A DNA stretch of 64,000 nt from the NCBI GenBank assembly GCA_963925545.1, contig CAWUSA010000005.1, positions 22,472 through 86,471 on the forward strand. Reading direction: 5' to 3'. The position numbers were made by a program, and so were the translations under genes. Origin of the DNA: an uncultured Flavobacteriales bacterium (lineage in GTDB: Bacteria; Bacteroidota; Bacteroidia; Flavobacteriales; Schleiferiaceae). Of this stretch, positions 32,902-41,522 are shown one piece after another; positions within the stretch are counted from its first letter, which is position 1, and each line of letters starts with the position of its first letter. Below the pieces are notes generated by a model. It saw nothing but the letters and a program-made list of their open reading frames with translations. It ran no database searches and was not told where the DNA came from.

Positions 32902-35061
32902 TTATCCTCGCCCGTGATTGTCACGCAACGGTGGGGTTGCTTTGAGTTGAACCTGGTTTCTGTGTGTCCAGTGGATGAAGTCCTTCCGTTCAGCCCATGT
33001 GGACAAAACCCCGCCCAATTGGATAAGAAACTTGTTTTTTCTGACCTCCATGACCTCACCCGCCTGACGGCCACCGTGCACAACCTTCACTTTGTCCCCC
33101 ACCTTCACGGGCATGGACCACAGCAGCTCAAGGGCCTGGCGATTGGCTTGCTGTTTCACGGTTTCAGTGCGCGTCTCTTGGCGTTTGGTGGCTTTCACTC
33201 GCTCAGACACCAAGCGAACCATTCGGTCTTTGATCTCGTTGCGAGCCTTTTGTGTTTTAGCTTTTTGCCAACTGCTGGCCCATTGCTCCAGGCGCTTGCC
33301 CCACATGAGTTGATCGGCGACGGCCGCATTGTCCGCAGAGGCTTTGTTGAGTTTGTTTTCCAGAGATTGAATCTGCTTGTCCTGTGTTTGCTTCAGGTTT
33401 TCCAAGTCCTCTAGTCGCTTGCTTACCTCTGTCCGGTTTTTGTCCAGGGTGCTTCTCTGCTTTTGTAAACCAACCAACAACCGGTCCACCGCCAGGCTGT
33501 CTGCTGCAAGGATTTGTTTGGCCTCTTTCATGAGCTTTTTTGGTAAACCTACCCGCTGCGCCACTTCAAATGTGTACGAGGACCCAGGGACGCCCATGAT
33601 CAATTGAAAAAGGGGCTCAAAGCTTGACAAATCAAAGGCCATGTTGGCGTTGCACGCGCCCTCCAACTCCTCCCCTAGGGCTTTGATGCTGTTGTAATGT
33701 GTGGTAAATACCCCTAAGCATTGGCTCAGGTGAAGCTCTTGCATACAAACTGACGCCATGGCTGAACCAAGCTCAGGGTCTGAGCCACTACCAAACTCGT
33801 CGACCAAACACAGGGTGTTGGCGTTTGCCTCCGCCATCATGTCTCGCACTTTGGTGAGTTTACCCGAATAAGTGGATAGTTCGTTTTCAACACTTTGCGC
33901 ATCACCCAGATCAACCATGATGCGATCAAACCAGGGCAAAACAGTTTTGGGGTGGGCTGGGATTAGTAGGCCACTTTGCAGCATCATCTGAAACAGGCCA
34001 ACCGTCTTCAAGGCTAGGGATTTTCCGCCCGCATTGGGGCCGCTGATCACCAACAATCGCTGCGAGGGGTTGAGTTGAACGTCCAAGGGAATGATGTCCG
34101 CTGAGTCGCCTTGGTGGGCCGCCCGAAGGACGGGATTGATGCCTTTTTTGATGTCCAAGGTCATGTCGTGGCTGATGCGCGGTAGCGTGCAGCCTTCCAC
34201 CTCTGCAAAGCGGGAACGTGCATGCAGGCTGTCCAGGGCAAGAAGGCGCTCATCGCAGCCTTTGATTTCTTGCCTGAATGGCTGTATTTCAGCTGTTAAC
34301 GCCTTGAGTATGCGGCGAATTTCCTGCATCTCTTGGTCCAATAGGTCTCCGATTTCCGCATTGATAGCTAAGCATTCAATGGGTTCGAGGTAGATCAACG
34401 ATTGCTTGGCAGAGCTTCCATGAAAGGCGCCGTTGACTTTGTTTTTGTACGCCGACTTAATAGCCAGCACGCGCCGGTCATTGCTCACCGATTCACGGAT
34501 ATCAGCCAACCAACCTGACTTGTCCATGCGGCGCATCACTTGGTAAAACAAGCGGTCACCTTGAGATCGCCGACTGGTTAGCTCAAGGCGAATGGCTTTG
34601 AGCTCCTTGGATGCATTGCCTCGGATTTGCCCGTTGCGCTCAAACACCCCATCAATGGCTGCAGGTATCTCGGGAACGGGTGGAAATGGGCGAAGCATGG
34701 CCGCCATTGATGGGGCTTGCTCTCGGTGTTTTTGTGTGAAGCGGTAGGCGCTGGCGTAGGCGCTGGCTTGCGCGTGAATGGCCATGAATAACTCTACGGG
34801 CAGGACCGCGTCCTTGACCCGCAACAACGGCATGGCGTCATCAATGGCTTCTGCCGCCACCGCCGGCAGGCGGTGTCCCTGCTTACTTAATTTCAACAGC
34901 TCGTCCACTTGGGACAGCTCCTCCTCCATGGCCCGGCGATTTGCGTTGGGCTTTAAGTCCATTAAGGCCAATCGGGCCTTGTTGGTGGACGCATAAGGCG
35001 CCACCATGGCGGTTAAGGTTGTGAAATCTAACGCCTCGTGCGCGGACGCTGGGTACATCAT
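32902..35061 (-). CDS. mutS2: MutS2-family protein lacking a C-terminal Smr domain
   Basis: Walker A GPNAGGKS, Walker B-type DEFGSGSDP, a long coiled-coil region and a KOW-like VKVGDKVKVV..GEV segment. The protein ends about 45 aa later with no Smr-like sequence. Confidence 0.8.
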   Translation of the reverse strand: MMYPASAHEALDFTTLTAMVAPYASTNKARLALMDLKPNANRRAMEEELSQVDELLKLSKQGHRLPAVAAEAIDDAMPLLRVKDAVLPVELFMAIHAQASAYASAYRFTQKHREQAPSMAAMLRPFPPVPEIPAAIDGVFERNGQIRGNASKELKAIRLELTSRRSQGDRLFYQVMRRMDKSGWLADIRESVSNDRRVLAIKSAYKNKVNGAFHGSSAKQSLIYLEPIECLAINAEIGDLLDQEMQEIRRILKALTAEIQPFRQEIKGCDERLLALDSLHARSRFAEVEGCTLPRISHDMTLDIKKGINPVLRAAHQGDSADIIPLDVQLNPSQRLLVISGPNAGGKSLALKTVGLFQMMLQSGLLIPAHPKTVLPWFDRIMVDLGDAQSVENELSTYSGKLTKVRDMMAEANANTLCLVDEFGSGSDPELGSAMASVCMQELHLSQCLGVFTTHYNSIKALGEELEGACNANMAFDLSSFEPLFQLIMGVPGSSYTFEVAQRVGLPKKLMKEAKQILAADSLAVDRLLVGLQKQRSTLDKNRTEVSKRLEDLENLKQTQDKQIQSLENKLNKASADNAAVADQLMWGKRLEQWASSWQKAKTQKARNEIKDRMVRLVSERVKATKRQETRTETVKQQANRQALELLWSMPVKVGDKVKVVHGGRQAGEVMEVRKNKFLIQLGGVLSTWAERKDFIHWTHRNQVQLKATPPLRDNHGRG

Positions 35062-35140
35062 GGTGAGGTCGTTATTGCGTGTTTTTGGGGTCTTTAATCA
35101 GCTTGGCTCAGATTGCTTTAGTGCCAATTGTTGCTGAAAC

Positions 35141-35428
35141 TTAAGCCTCTGGTTTTGCTTCAGGCTCAGGTGGCGCATCCTCTAAAATGGTTAAGTCCAT
35201 ATGGCAAACAGGGCAGGTGCCCTCTTCTTCATAAACCACACCCTCCTCACAATCCATGGGGCAGGCGTAGTGGTTGTGGCTGTGCGCCTCTTCACTCACA
35301 ATATCTGTGCTTTCTTCTGTGATGCTGGTTGGCTCGTCTTTTTCGCAGCTTTCTCCGCAGCAACAGCAGCTACTTAAGCTCGAAACAGCGATGGCTAGTG
35401 CGCCAATTGTGGTTGTTGAAATTCTCAT
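35141..35428 (-). CDS. Small lipoprotein with a heavy-metal-binding domain (YxCPM...CPxCxM type)
   Basis: Signal and lipobox ..AVSSLSSC are followed by three more Cys (CCCC). C-terminal HSHNHYACPMDCEEG..GTCPVCHMDL matches the HMBD pattern found on CusB/CopA-type proteins. Confidence 0.7.
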   Translation of the reverse strand: MRISTTTIGALAIAVSSLSSCCCCGESCEKDEPTSITEESTDIVSEEAHSHNHYACPMDCEEGVVYEEEGTCPVCHMDLTILEDAPPEPEAKPEA

Positions 35429-35458
35429 GGTGTTGTGGCTTGATTGATGGTTGGTAAT

Positions 35459-36973
35459 TTACGCTTTCTCTTGGCGCATTTGGGGGAAGAATAGCACCTC
35501 TTGGATACTTGATTGGTTAGTGAACAGCATCGCGAGGCGATCCATGCCAATACCAATGCCCGACGTTGGTGGCATGCCGTACTCCAGGGCCCTTAGAAAA
35601 TCTTGATCAATGAACATGGCTTCGTCGTCCCCTTTTTCTGTCAGGGCCAGCTGCTCCTCAAAGCGAGCGCGCTGCTCAATGGGGTCATTGAGCTCACTGT
35701 AAGCGTTGGCAATTTCTTTGCCATTGATCATCAGCTCAAAGCGCTCAGTCAGCCTTGGGTCGTCCCTGTGCGCTTTGGTTAGCGGGGACATCTCAACAGG
35801 GTGGTCGGTGATGAATGTTGGCTGGATGTAGTGTGCTTCACAGCGCGCACCAAATATTTCATCAATGATTTTTCCTGAGCCCCACTCGGGTGCTGGTTCA
35901 ATGCCAATGCTTGTTGCCGAATCCCTCAGCTCTTGTTCAGACTGCCCAATCAGATCCAAACCTGTGTGGGTTTTGATGGCGTCCAAAATGGGCACGCGAG
36001 GGAAGGGTGTTTTCAAGGCGATGATGTTGTCTCCTGACGGTAGGTCGGTGCTGCCAAGCACCTCTTTAGCCATGGATTCCAATAGGTTTTCCGTGAAGAC
36101 CATCATCCAATGGTAGTCCTTGTAGGCCACATAGAGCTCCATCACGGTGAACTCTGGATTGTGTGTTCGGTCCATGCCTTCGTTACGAAAGTCTTTTGCA
36201 AACTCATAAACCCCCTCAAAGCCGCCCACGATCAGTCGCTTCAGGTATAGCTCATTTGCTATCCTTAGGTACAAAGGCATGTCTAGGGTGTTGTGGTGGG
36301 TAACAAATGGTCGCGCAGCTGCGCCGCCAGGGGTGGGTTGCAAGATGGGTGTCTCCACCTCCATCCAGCCTTGATCATCAAAGTTATTTCTCATGGCGCG
36401 CATCATCTTGGATCGGGTGATGAATGTGTCTTTCACTGTTTCATTAACCACCAGATCAACATAGCGCTGTCGGTACCGCAATTCCGGGTCTGCAAAAGCG
36501 TCATGCACCTTGCCGTCCGCGTCTGTTTTCACGACAGGAAGGGGCTTGAGGGCTTTTGCAAGCACCGTAAGTTTCGCAGCCCTTACTGTTGTTTCGCCTG
36601 TTTTTGTGGAAAAAACCGTGCCCTCAATAGCCACAAAGTCACCAATATCTAAGTGTTTTTTGAAGACATCATTGTACAGGCTTTTGTCCTCTGAGGGGCA
36701 AATTTCATCGCGGCTTACGTAGGCTTGAATTCGGCCCTCGCTGTCTTTGATGACTAAGAAGGACGCTTTGCCCATGATGCGTTTACTCATGATTCTTCCC
36801 GCCACACAAACAGCACTTAGCGCCTCCGGGTCCTTGGTAAATTGAGCGTGGATAGCCGCTGAGCTATGGGTCACTGGGACCTCTGCTGCCGGGTAGGGGT
36901 TAATGCCCATTTCCCGCATCTTTTCTAAAGATGCTCGACGCAGTATTTCTTGTTCATTGAGTTGTTGCTCCAT
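35459..36973 (-). CDS. lysS: Lysine--tRNA ligase (class II)
   Basis: 504 aa from ATG 36973. OB-fold N-domain and class II motifs (..FRNEG.., ..GIGMDRL..). Confidence 0.92.
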   Translation of the reverse strand: MEQQLNEQEILRRASLEKMREMGINPYPAAEVPVTHSSAAIHAQFTKDPEALSAVCVAGRIMSKRIMGKASFLVIKDSEGRIQAYVSRDEICPSEDKSLYNDVFKKHLDIGDFVAIEGTVFSTKTGETTVRAAKLTVLAKALKPLPVVKTDADGKVHDAFADPELRYRQRYVDLVVNETVKDTFITRSKMMRAMRNNFDDQGWMEVETPILQPTPGGAAARPFVTHHNTLDMPLYLRIANELYLKRLIVGGFEGVYEFAKDFRNEGMDRTHNPEFTVMELYVAYKDYHWMMVFTENLLESMAKEVLGSTDLPSGDNIIALKTPFPRVPILDAIKTHTGLDLIGQSEQELRDSATSIGIEPAPEWGSGKIIDEIFGARCEAHYIQPTFITDHPVEMSPLTKAHRDDPRLTERFELMINGKEIANAYSELNDPIEQRARFEEQLALTEKGDDEAMFIDQDFLRALEYGMPPTSGIGIGMDRLAMLFTNQSSIQEVLFFPQMRQEKA

Positions 36974-37004
36974 GGGGTAAAGATAATCCCGGTCTGCATG
37001 CACT

Positions 37005-37012
37005 TACCTTTG
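37005..37012 (+). promoter_or_regulatory. -7 promoter box TACCTTTG upstream of gltX
   Basis: Matches TAnnTTTG. It lies 8 nt before ATG 37021 and 20 nt before ATG 37033, which argues that 37033 may be the true start. Confidence 0.35.
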
Positions 37013-37020
37013 CCGTTCAC

Positions 37021-38568
37021 ATGAATTCTAACATGACACAAAGTAACGTCCGCGTTCGGTTTGCGCCAAGCCCCACAGGTCCTCTCCATATAGGGGGGGT
37101 GCGCACAGCGCTCTACAATTACCTCTTTGCCAAGCAGCATGGAGGTAGCTTCATTCTTCGCGTTGAAGACACCGATCAGACACGCTTTGTGCCTGGCGCA
37201 GAGGCCTACATTGTTGAGGCATTGAATTGGTGTGGCATTGCGCCTGATGAAGGCGTTGGTTCTGGTTTACCTGATGGCGGGCCTCATGCGCCCTACCGGC
37301 AGTCTGAGCGCAAGCCGATGTACCGCGCTTACGCCGATCAGCTCCTTGAATCAGGCCATGCCTACATAGCTTTTGATAGCCAAGAAGAGCTAACGGCTGT
37401 TCGTGAGCGCGCAAAGTCTGTTGGCAAAGCCAATTTCCAATACAACAGCATCACCCGGACCACCCTTCGCAACAGCTTAACCCTTTCTGAAGATGAGGTT
37501 CAGCGACTGCTTGATGCGGGCGAACCTTATGTTATTCGCATGAAAATTCCCCGCAACGTGGAGGTGAAGTTTGAAGACATGGTGCGCGGCTGGGTTCGTG
37601 TTGACAGCGCTCACATTGATGACAAGGTTTTACTCAAAGGCGATGGCATGCCAACCTACCATTTGGCTAATATTGTAGATGACCACTTGATGGGCATCAC
37701 TCACGTGATTCGCGGTGAGGAGTGGTTGCCTTCTGCCCCACTTCATGTCTTATTGTACGAGTGCTTTGGCTGGCAGGCACCCGCCTTTGCTCACTTGTCT
37801 TTGTTGCTTCGTCCTGACGGGAATGGTAAGCTATCCAAGCGAGATGGGGACCGCCTTGGCTTCCCTGTGTTCCCCATCAACTGGGTCAACCCCAGCAACG
37901 GAGAGACAGCAAGCGGCTACCGTGAGCTTGGTTTTTTACCGCAAGGATTTATCAACATGTTGGCTTTTTTAGGTTGGAACCCCGGCAACAATGAAGAGAT
38001 TTTTTCCTTGGATTCTTTGGTTGAGCAATTCAACCTAAGCAAGGTCCATAAGGCTGGCGCTCGCTTCGATTTCGCCAAGGCTCGGTGGTTCAATCAGCAG
38101 CATTTACGTGCGCTGGAGCCCTCTGTGCTTCGCGAACTCTTGATGGATGAGGCGGCTAATCGGGGCTTCTCTATAGCCACCCCGGCAATGGCTGATTCCT
38201 TAATTGAATTGTTCATGGAACGCGCTGAATTCATTAGCGATATTTTAGACGCGTCCACCAGTATTTTCGAAACACCCACAACCTATGAAGAGAAAATGGT
38301 GGCAAAAAAATGGACACCTGACGCCGCCGGATATGTGCGTGGACTGAAGGCTTTATTTGCTGAAACCAACTACAGCGCGGAATCTTTGGAGGCCTCATTT
38401 AAAGCTTATTTAGCCTCCCATGAGTTAGGGTTTGGACAGGTTGGGCCAGTGTTGAGGTTGGCAATCGCCGGCGTCACTAAGGGACCTTCCATCTTCGCTG
38501 TTATGGCCCTTTTGGGGCAGTCTACATCAGAGTCCCGCATGGACGCTTCCATACAAACTTTAGGCTAA
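37021..38568 (+). CDS. gltX: Glutamate--tRNA ligase
   Basis: VRVRFAPSPTGPLHIGG (HIGH motif) and KLSKR (KMSKS motif). The start may be ATG 37033 (MTQSNVRVRF). Confidence 0.92.
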   Translation: MNSNMTQSNVRVRFAPSPTGPLHIGGVRTALYNYLFAKQHGGSFILRVEDTDQTRFVPGAEAYIVEALNWCGIAPDEGVGSGLPDGGPHAPYRQSERKPMYRAYADQLLESGHAYIAFDSQEELTAVRERAKSVGKANFQYNSITRTTLRNSLTLSEDEVQRLLDAGEPYVIRMKIPRNVEVKFEDMVRGWVRVDSAHIDDKVLLKGDGMPTYHLANIVDDHLMGITHVIRGEEWLPSAPLHVLLYECFGWQAPAFAHLSLLLRPDGNGKLSKRDGDRLGFPVFPINWVNPSNGETASGYRELGFLPQGFINMLAFLGWNPGNNEEIFSLDSLVEQFNLSKVHKAGARFDFAKARWFNQQHLRALEPSVLRELLMDEAANRGFSIATPAMADSLIELFMERAEFISDILDASTSIFETPTTYEEKMVAKKWTPDAAGYVRGLKALFAETNYSAESLEASFKAYLASHELGFGQVGPVLRLAIAGVTKGPSIFAVMALLGQSTSESRMDASIQTLG

Positions 38569-38581
38569 GCCCGTTACCATC

Positions 38582-38971
38582 ATGCGCTCAAACGAAGACT
38601 TTTCTGACAGCAGCCTGCAACAGGTCGATGTGGTCGATCAGCGTGAATACGCTTACCACGGATGCATGGACGAGGAGGCTATTATTGGTTCTGACTACCT
38701 GATCAACTGCTCCGTGTGGGCGGATTTGCTGCCCAGCGCCCAGAGCGATGCCCTGGCTGACACCGTTGACTACGTCGCCATTCGCGTTATTATCACTGAG
38801 GAAATGGCAATTAGGTCGGCCCTGCTGGAAACGGTAGTTCAAAGAATCTGTCAAAGAATATTTACGGATTTACCTCAGGCTCAGCGTTGTAGCGTTAAAT
38901 GTTGCAAATTGAACCCACCAATTGATGGCGATGTGGCGGCTGTGTGTGTTCGCTTCACGTCGATGCGTTAA
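38582..38971 (+). CDS. folB: Dihydroneopterin aldolase
   Basis: 129 aa. The pattern ..YAYHGCMDEE..IG..YLINCSVWADL....SD.L.DTVDY.. is FolB-like. Confidence 0.7.
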   Translation: MRSNEDFSDSSLQQVDVVDQREYAYHGCMDEEAIIGSDYLINCSVWADLLPSAQSDALADTVDYVAIRVIITEEMAIRSALLETVVQRICQRIFTDLPQAQRCSVKCCKLNPPIDGDVAAVCVRFTSMR

Positions 38972-38988
38972 ATTTGTGCCTCAGAAAG

Positions 38989-39059
38989 GGTCTCGTGGCC
39001 GAGTGGTTAGGTAGGGCTCTGCAAAAGCTCGTACAGCGGTTCGAATCCGCTCGAGACCT
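38989..39059 (+). tRNA. tRNA-Cys (anticodon GCA)
   Basis: Hand-folded 71-nt cloverleaf. Acceptor stem GGTCTCG/CGAGACC. T arm AGCGG-TTCGAAT-CCGCT. Anticodon stem GGGCT/AGCTC with loop CTGCAAA. Discriminator U, as expected for tRNA-Cys. No encoded CCA. Confidence 0.9.
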
Positions 39060-39077
39060 CACTAGTTAGTGACTAAG

Positions 39078-39109
39078 CGGTCAGCAATTAATTTGTTGAC
39101 CGTTTTTTT
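39078..39109 (+). terminator. Rho-independent terminator after tRNA-Cys
   Basis: CGGTCAGCAA-TTAAT-TTGTTGACCG, a 10-bp stem (one G-U), followed by T7. Confidence 0.85.
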
Positions 39110-39122
39110 ATAGCTTCGGCAA

Positions 39123-39794
39123 ATGAACAGCATCAATCCTCAGGTTTTCGAGTTTTTCAACCGTCTCAGCGAGAACAATAATCGAGAGTGGTTTGAGCAA
39201 CACAAGCCAGAATTCAAAAATCTTGAATTGGGGGTAAAGGAATTTGGTAGCCATCTTTTTGATCAAATTAGTGCCCACGACTCTTTGGAGCGATGGAAGC
39301 TTATGCGAATCTATAGGGACGTCCGTTTTTCGAAGAACAAGACGCCTTATAAGACGAATTTTGGAATAAGCTTTCGCCGTACCCAGCCCAGCTCACGAGG
39401 TAGCTATTACCTACATATCTCTCCTGAGGATTGTTTTTTAGCGTGCGGGTTTTGGGGGCCTGAACCCGCTGATCTGTTACGCATCCGTAAAGAGCTAGCG
39501 GTATCAGCTGATGAGTTTAGGGAGATTCTTAATCGACCGTCATTTAGGGATACTTGGGGAGACCTTGTGGGCGAGGAATTAAAATCAGCACCAAGGGGCT
39601 TTGATAAGCAGCACCCCGCGATTGACTTGATTCGAAAGAAGCAGTTCCTGTTTCTTGTTCGTTTTAGCGATCAGGAAATCACGGAAGATGATTTTTCAAG
39701 CCGCGTCAACCTCGCGCTAAAAGATGTTCGTCCATTTGTGGATTTTATGTCAGACGTATTAACAACCGACTTAAACGGAGAGCCCTTGATTTAG
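39123..39794 (+). CDS. DUF2461 (TIGR02453) family protein
   Basis: 223 aa. The N-terminal F...L..NN.REWF..HK..F and YRDVRFSKNKTPYKT motifs are recalled from this family. Confidence 0.7.
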   Translation: MNSINPQVFEFFNRLSENNNREWFEQHKPEFKNLELGVKEFGSHLFDQISAHDSLERWKLMRIYRDVRFSKNKTPYKTNFGISFRRTQPSSRGSYYLHISPEDCFLACGFWGPEPADLLRIRKELAVSADEFREILNRPSFRDTWGDLVGEELKSAPRGFDKQHPAIDLIRKKQFLFLVRFSDQEITEDDFSSRVNLALKDVRPFVDFMSDVLTTDLNGEPLI

Positions 39795-39845
39795 CGGGTG
39801 ACTTTTAAACTAAACGCGGTGAGTAATTAAAAACCTTATTAAGAA

Positions 39846-40421
39846 TTGAAGGATTTAATCAATAAAATAAAAAGCAGCCTACACCTAAGCCAAGAGGCGG
39901 AAGCGTTTCTTTATTCCATATCGAAAGAAAAAACACTTTCCAAAGGAGAGGTGTTAATTAGCCAAGGGCAGGCTGTAAGGAAAACATTCTTTGTTACAGA
40001 GGGCTGCCTGAGGTCTTACTGTGTTGATAAAAACGGAAGAGAGCACACCCTGCTCTTCGCAATCAAGGGTTGGTGGATTAGCGACTATATAGCTGTTCAT
40101 ACTGATGAGCTCGCAACACTTACTGTGGAGTGTCTTGCTAAATCGAAGGTTGTTGAATTTAACGCCAAAGAACTGGATGGCATTCATGCACGTTTCCCAG
40201 AGTTCGAGTCTTATCAAAGACACAACTTAGAGCGTCACGTAGTTAGTTTGCACAGACGCATCTTGAGCCAACTACAATTAAGCGCTTCCGAGAGGTATGA
40301 TTTGTTTTTAACTCAATATCCCGACATAGAGCAGCATACTCGAAATTTTCATATCGCCTCTTATTTAGGCATCACCCAACAAAGCTTGAGCCGCATTAGG
40401 GTAGAAAAAGTAAAAACATAA
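39846..40421 (+). CDS. Crp/Fnr-family transcriptional regulator
   Basis: 191 aa with a cNMP-binding-like beta-roll and a C-terminal HTH (HIASYLGITQQSLSRIR). TTG start; there is no in-frame ATG nearby. Confidence 0.8.
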   Translation: MKDLINKIKSSLHLSQEAEAFLYSISKEKTLSKGEVLISQGQAVRKTFFVTEGCLRSYCVDKNGREHTLLFAIKGWWISDYIAVHTDELATLTVECLAKSKVVEFNAKELDGIHARFPEFESYQRHNLERHVVSLHRRILSQLQLSASERYDLFLTQYPDIEQHTRNFHIASYLGITQQSLSRIRVEKVKT

Positions 40422-40469
40422 TTTTCTTACCATAGGGTGATTTTTCCCTGGATTGCTCACGCTACTCTT

Positions 40470-40500
40470 GTATCGAGTTATTAAATAAAGAAATCGATAC
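40470..40500. promoter_or_regulatory. Inverted repeat GTATCGA-N17-TCGATAC just upstream of the oxidoreductase ATG
   Basis: Perfect 7-bp arms. Its first base is the last base of a -7-like box TACTCTTG (40463-40470). It ends 4 nt before ATG 40505. Confidence 0.4.
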
Positions 40501-40504
40501 AGAT

Positions 40505-41488
40505 ATGAAGGCATTACAAACAATAAAATACGGTGAGATAAAAGACAGTGTAGCCTTTAATGAGGTTGGCAAACCGGCGGTTACGGCAAATGATGTGCTT
40601 ATTGAGGTTAGGGCTGCAGCCATTAACCCCATCGACAAGAGTATTATCCTTGGAAACCTTCAGGCCCTGCTTCCTCTACCAACACCTTTCACTTCTGCCT
40701 ATGATGTAAGTGGCGTTGTAGTTGAAAAAGGAAATGATGTAGGTGGTTTTGAAATTGGAGACTTAGTGTATTCACGGGTTCCTCAAGAGCAAATGGGCAC
40801 GCTGGCTGAATTCGTTGCTGTAAATAGCGCTGCAGTCTCAAAAAAACCTGGCAACATTTCTTTCGAAGAAGCGGCAAGCTTACCATTGGCGGGGCTAACG
40901 GCATTGCAGTCTTTGGAATACGCCGGCATAAAAAAGAACGATAAGGTTCTTATTCATGCTGGCTCTGGTGGTGTTGGAAGTTTCGCTATTCAGTATGCTA
41001 AAGCAAAAGGCGCTTACGTTTACACCACCACCAGCACAAGTAATGTAGGGTGGGTTAAAGAGTTAGGCGCAGACAGGGTGATTGATTATAAAACAGAGGA
41101 CTACAAAAGCATAGCTAAAGATCTAGATATTGTGTTTGATACGCTTGGTCAAAAGTATTCTCTCGAATCTTTTGAGGTGGTTAAGCCGGGAGGAATGGTA
41201 GTTAGTGTTGTGGGCCCTTTGGATGAAGCGACTGCTAAAATGTTCGGTATGATGGATTATAAATTGCCAGAAGAATTAGCTAACGCAAGCAGTGACAGGG
41301 GTGCTGTTTACAAATTCATTTTCATGCACCCTAATGGCGCACATTTAAATGAAATTAAATCAATGGTTGAGGATGAAGAAATTAAGCCGATCATCGACAA
41401 GGTGTATCCATTCTCTGAGAGCATTGAGGCGCTTATTCACCTTGCGTCAGGAAGGGCAAAAGGAAAAATTGTAGTAAAAATCAGTTAA
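40505..41488 (+). CDS. Medium-chain (zinc-type) dehydrogenase/reductase, NADPH:quinone-oxidoreductase-like
   Basis: 327 aa. Nucleotide-binding motif HAGSGGVGSFAIQYAK. MDR fold throughout. Confidence 0.85.
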   Translation: MKALQTIKYGEIKDSVAFNEVGKPAVTANDVLIEVRAAAINPIDKSIILGNLQALLPLPTPFTSAYDVSGVVVEKGNDVGGFEIGDLVYSRVPQEQMGTLAEFVAVNSAAVSKKPGNISFEEAASLPLAGLTALQSLEYAGIKKNDKVLIHAGSGGVGSFAIQYAKAKGAYVYTTTSTSNVGWVKELGADRVIDYKTEDYKSIAKDLDIVFDTLGQKYSLESFEVVKPGGMVVSVVGPLDEATAKMFGMMDYKLPEELANASSDRGAVYKFIFMHPNGAHLNEIKSMVEDEEIKPIIDKVYPFSESIEALIHLASGRAKGKIVVKIS

Positions 41489-41522
41489 GTCTTGTTCTAA
41501 TAAAAACATAAAAATTAAAATC

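Noticed and set aside
36974-37020. Riboswitch or leader elements upstream of lysS, gltX, purN, folB and pheS (lysine riboswitch, ZTP, T-box).
   Set aside because: The intergenic spaces are too short (under 90 nt) and AT-rich. None contains the conserved cores of these RNA families as I remember them.
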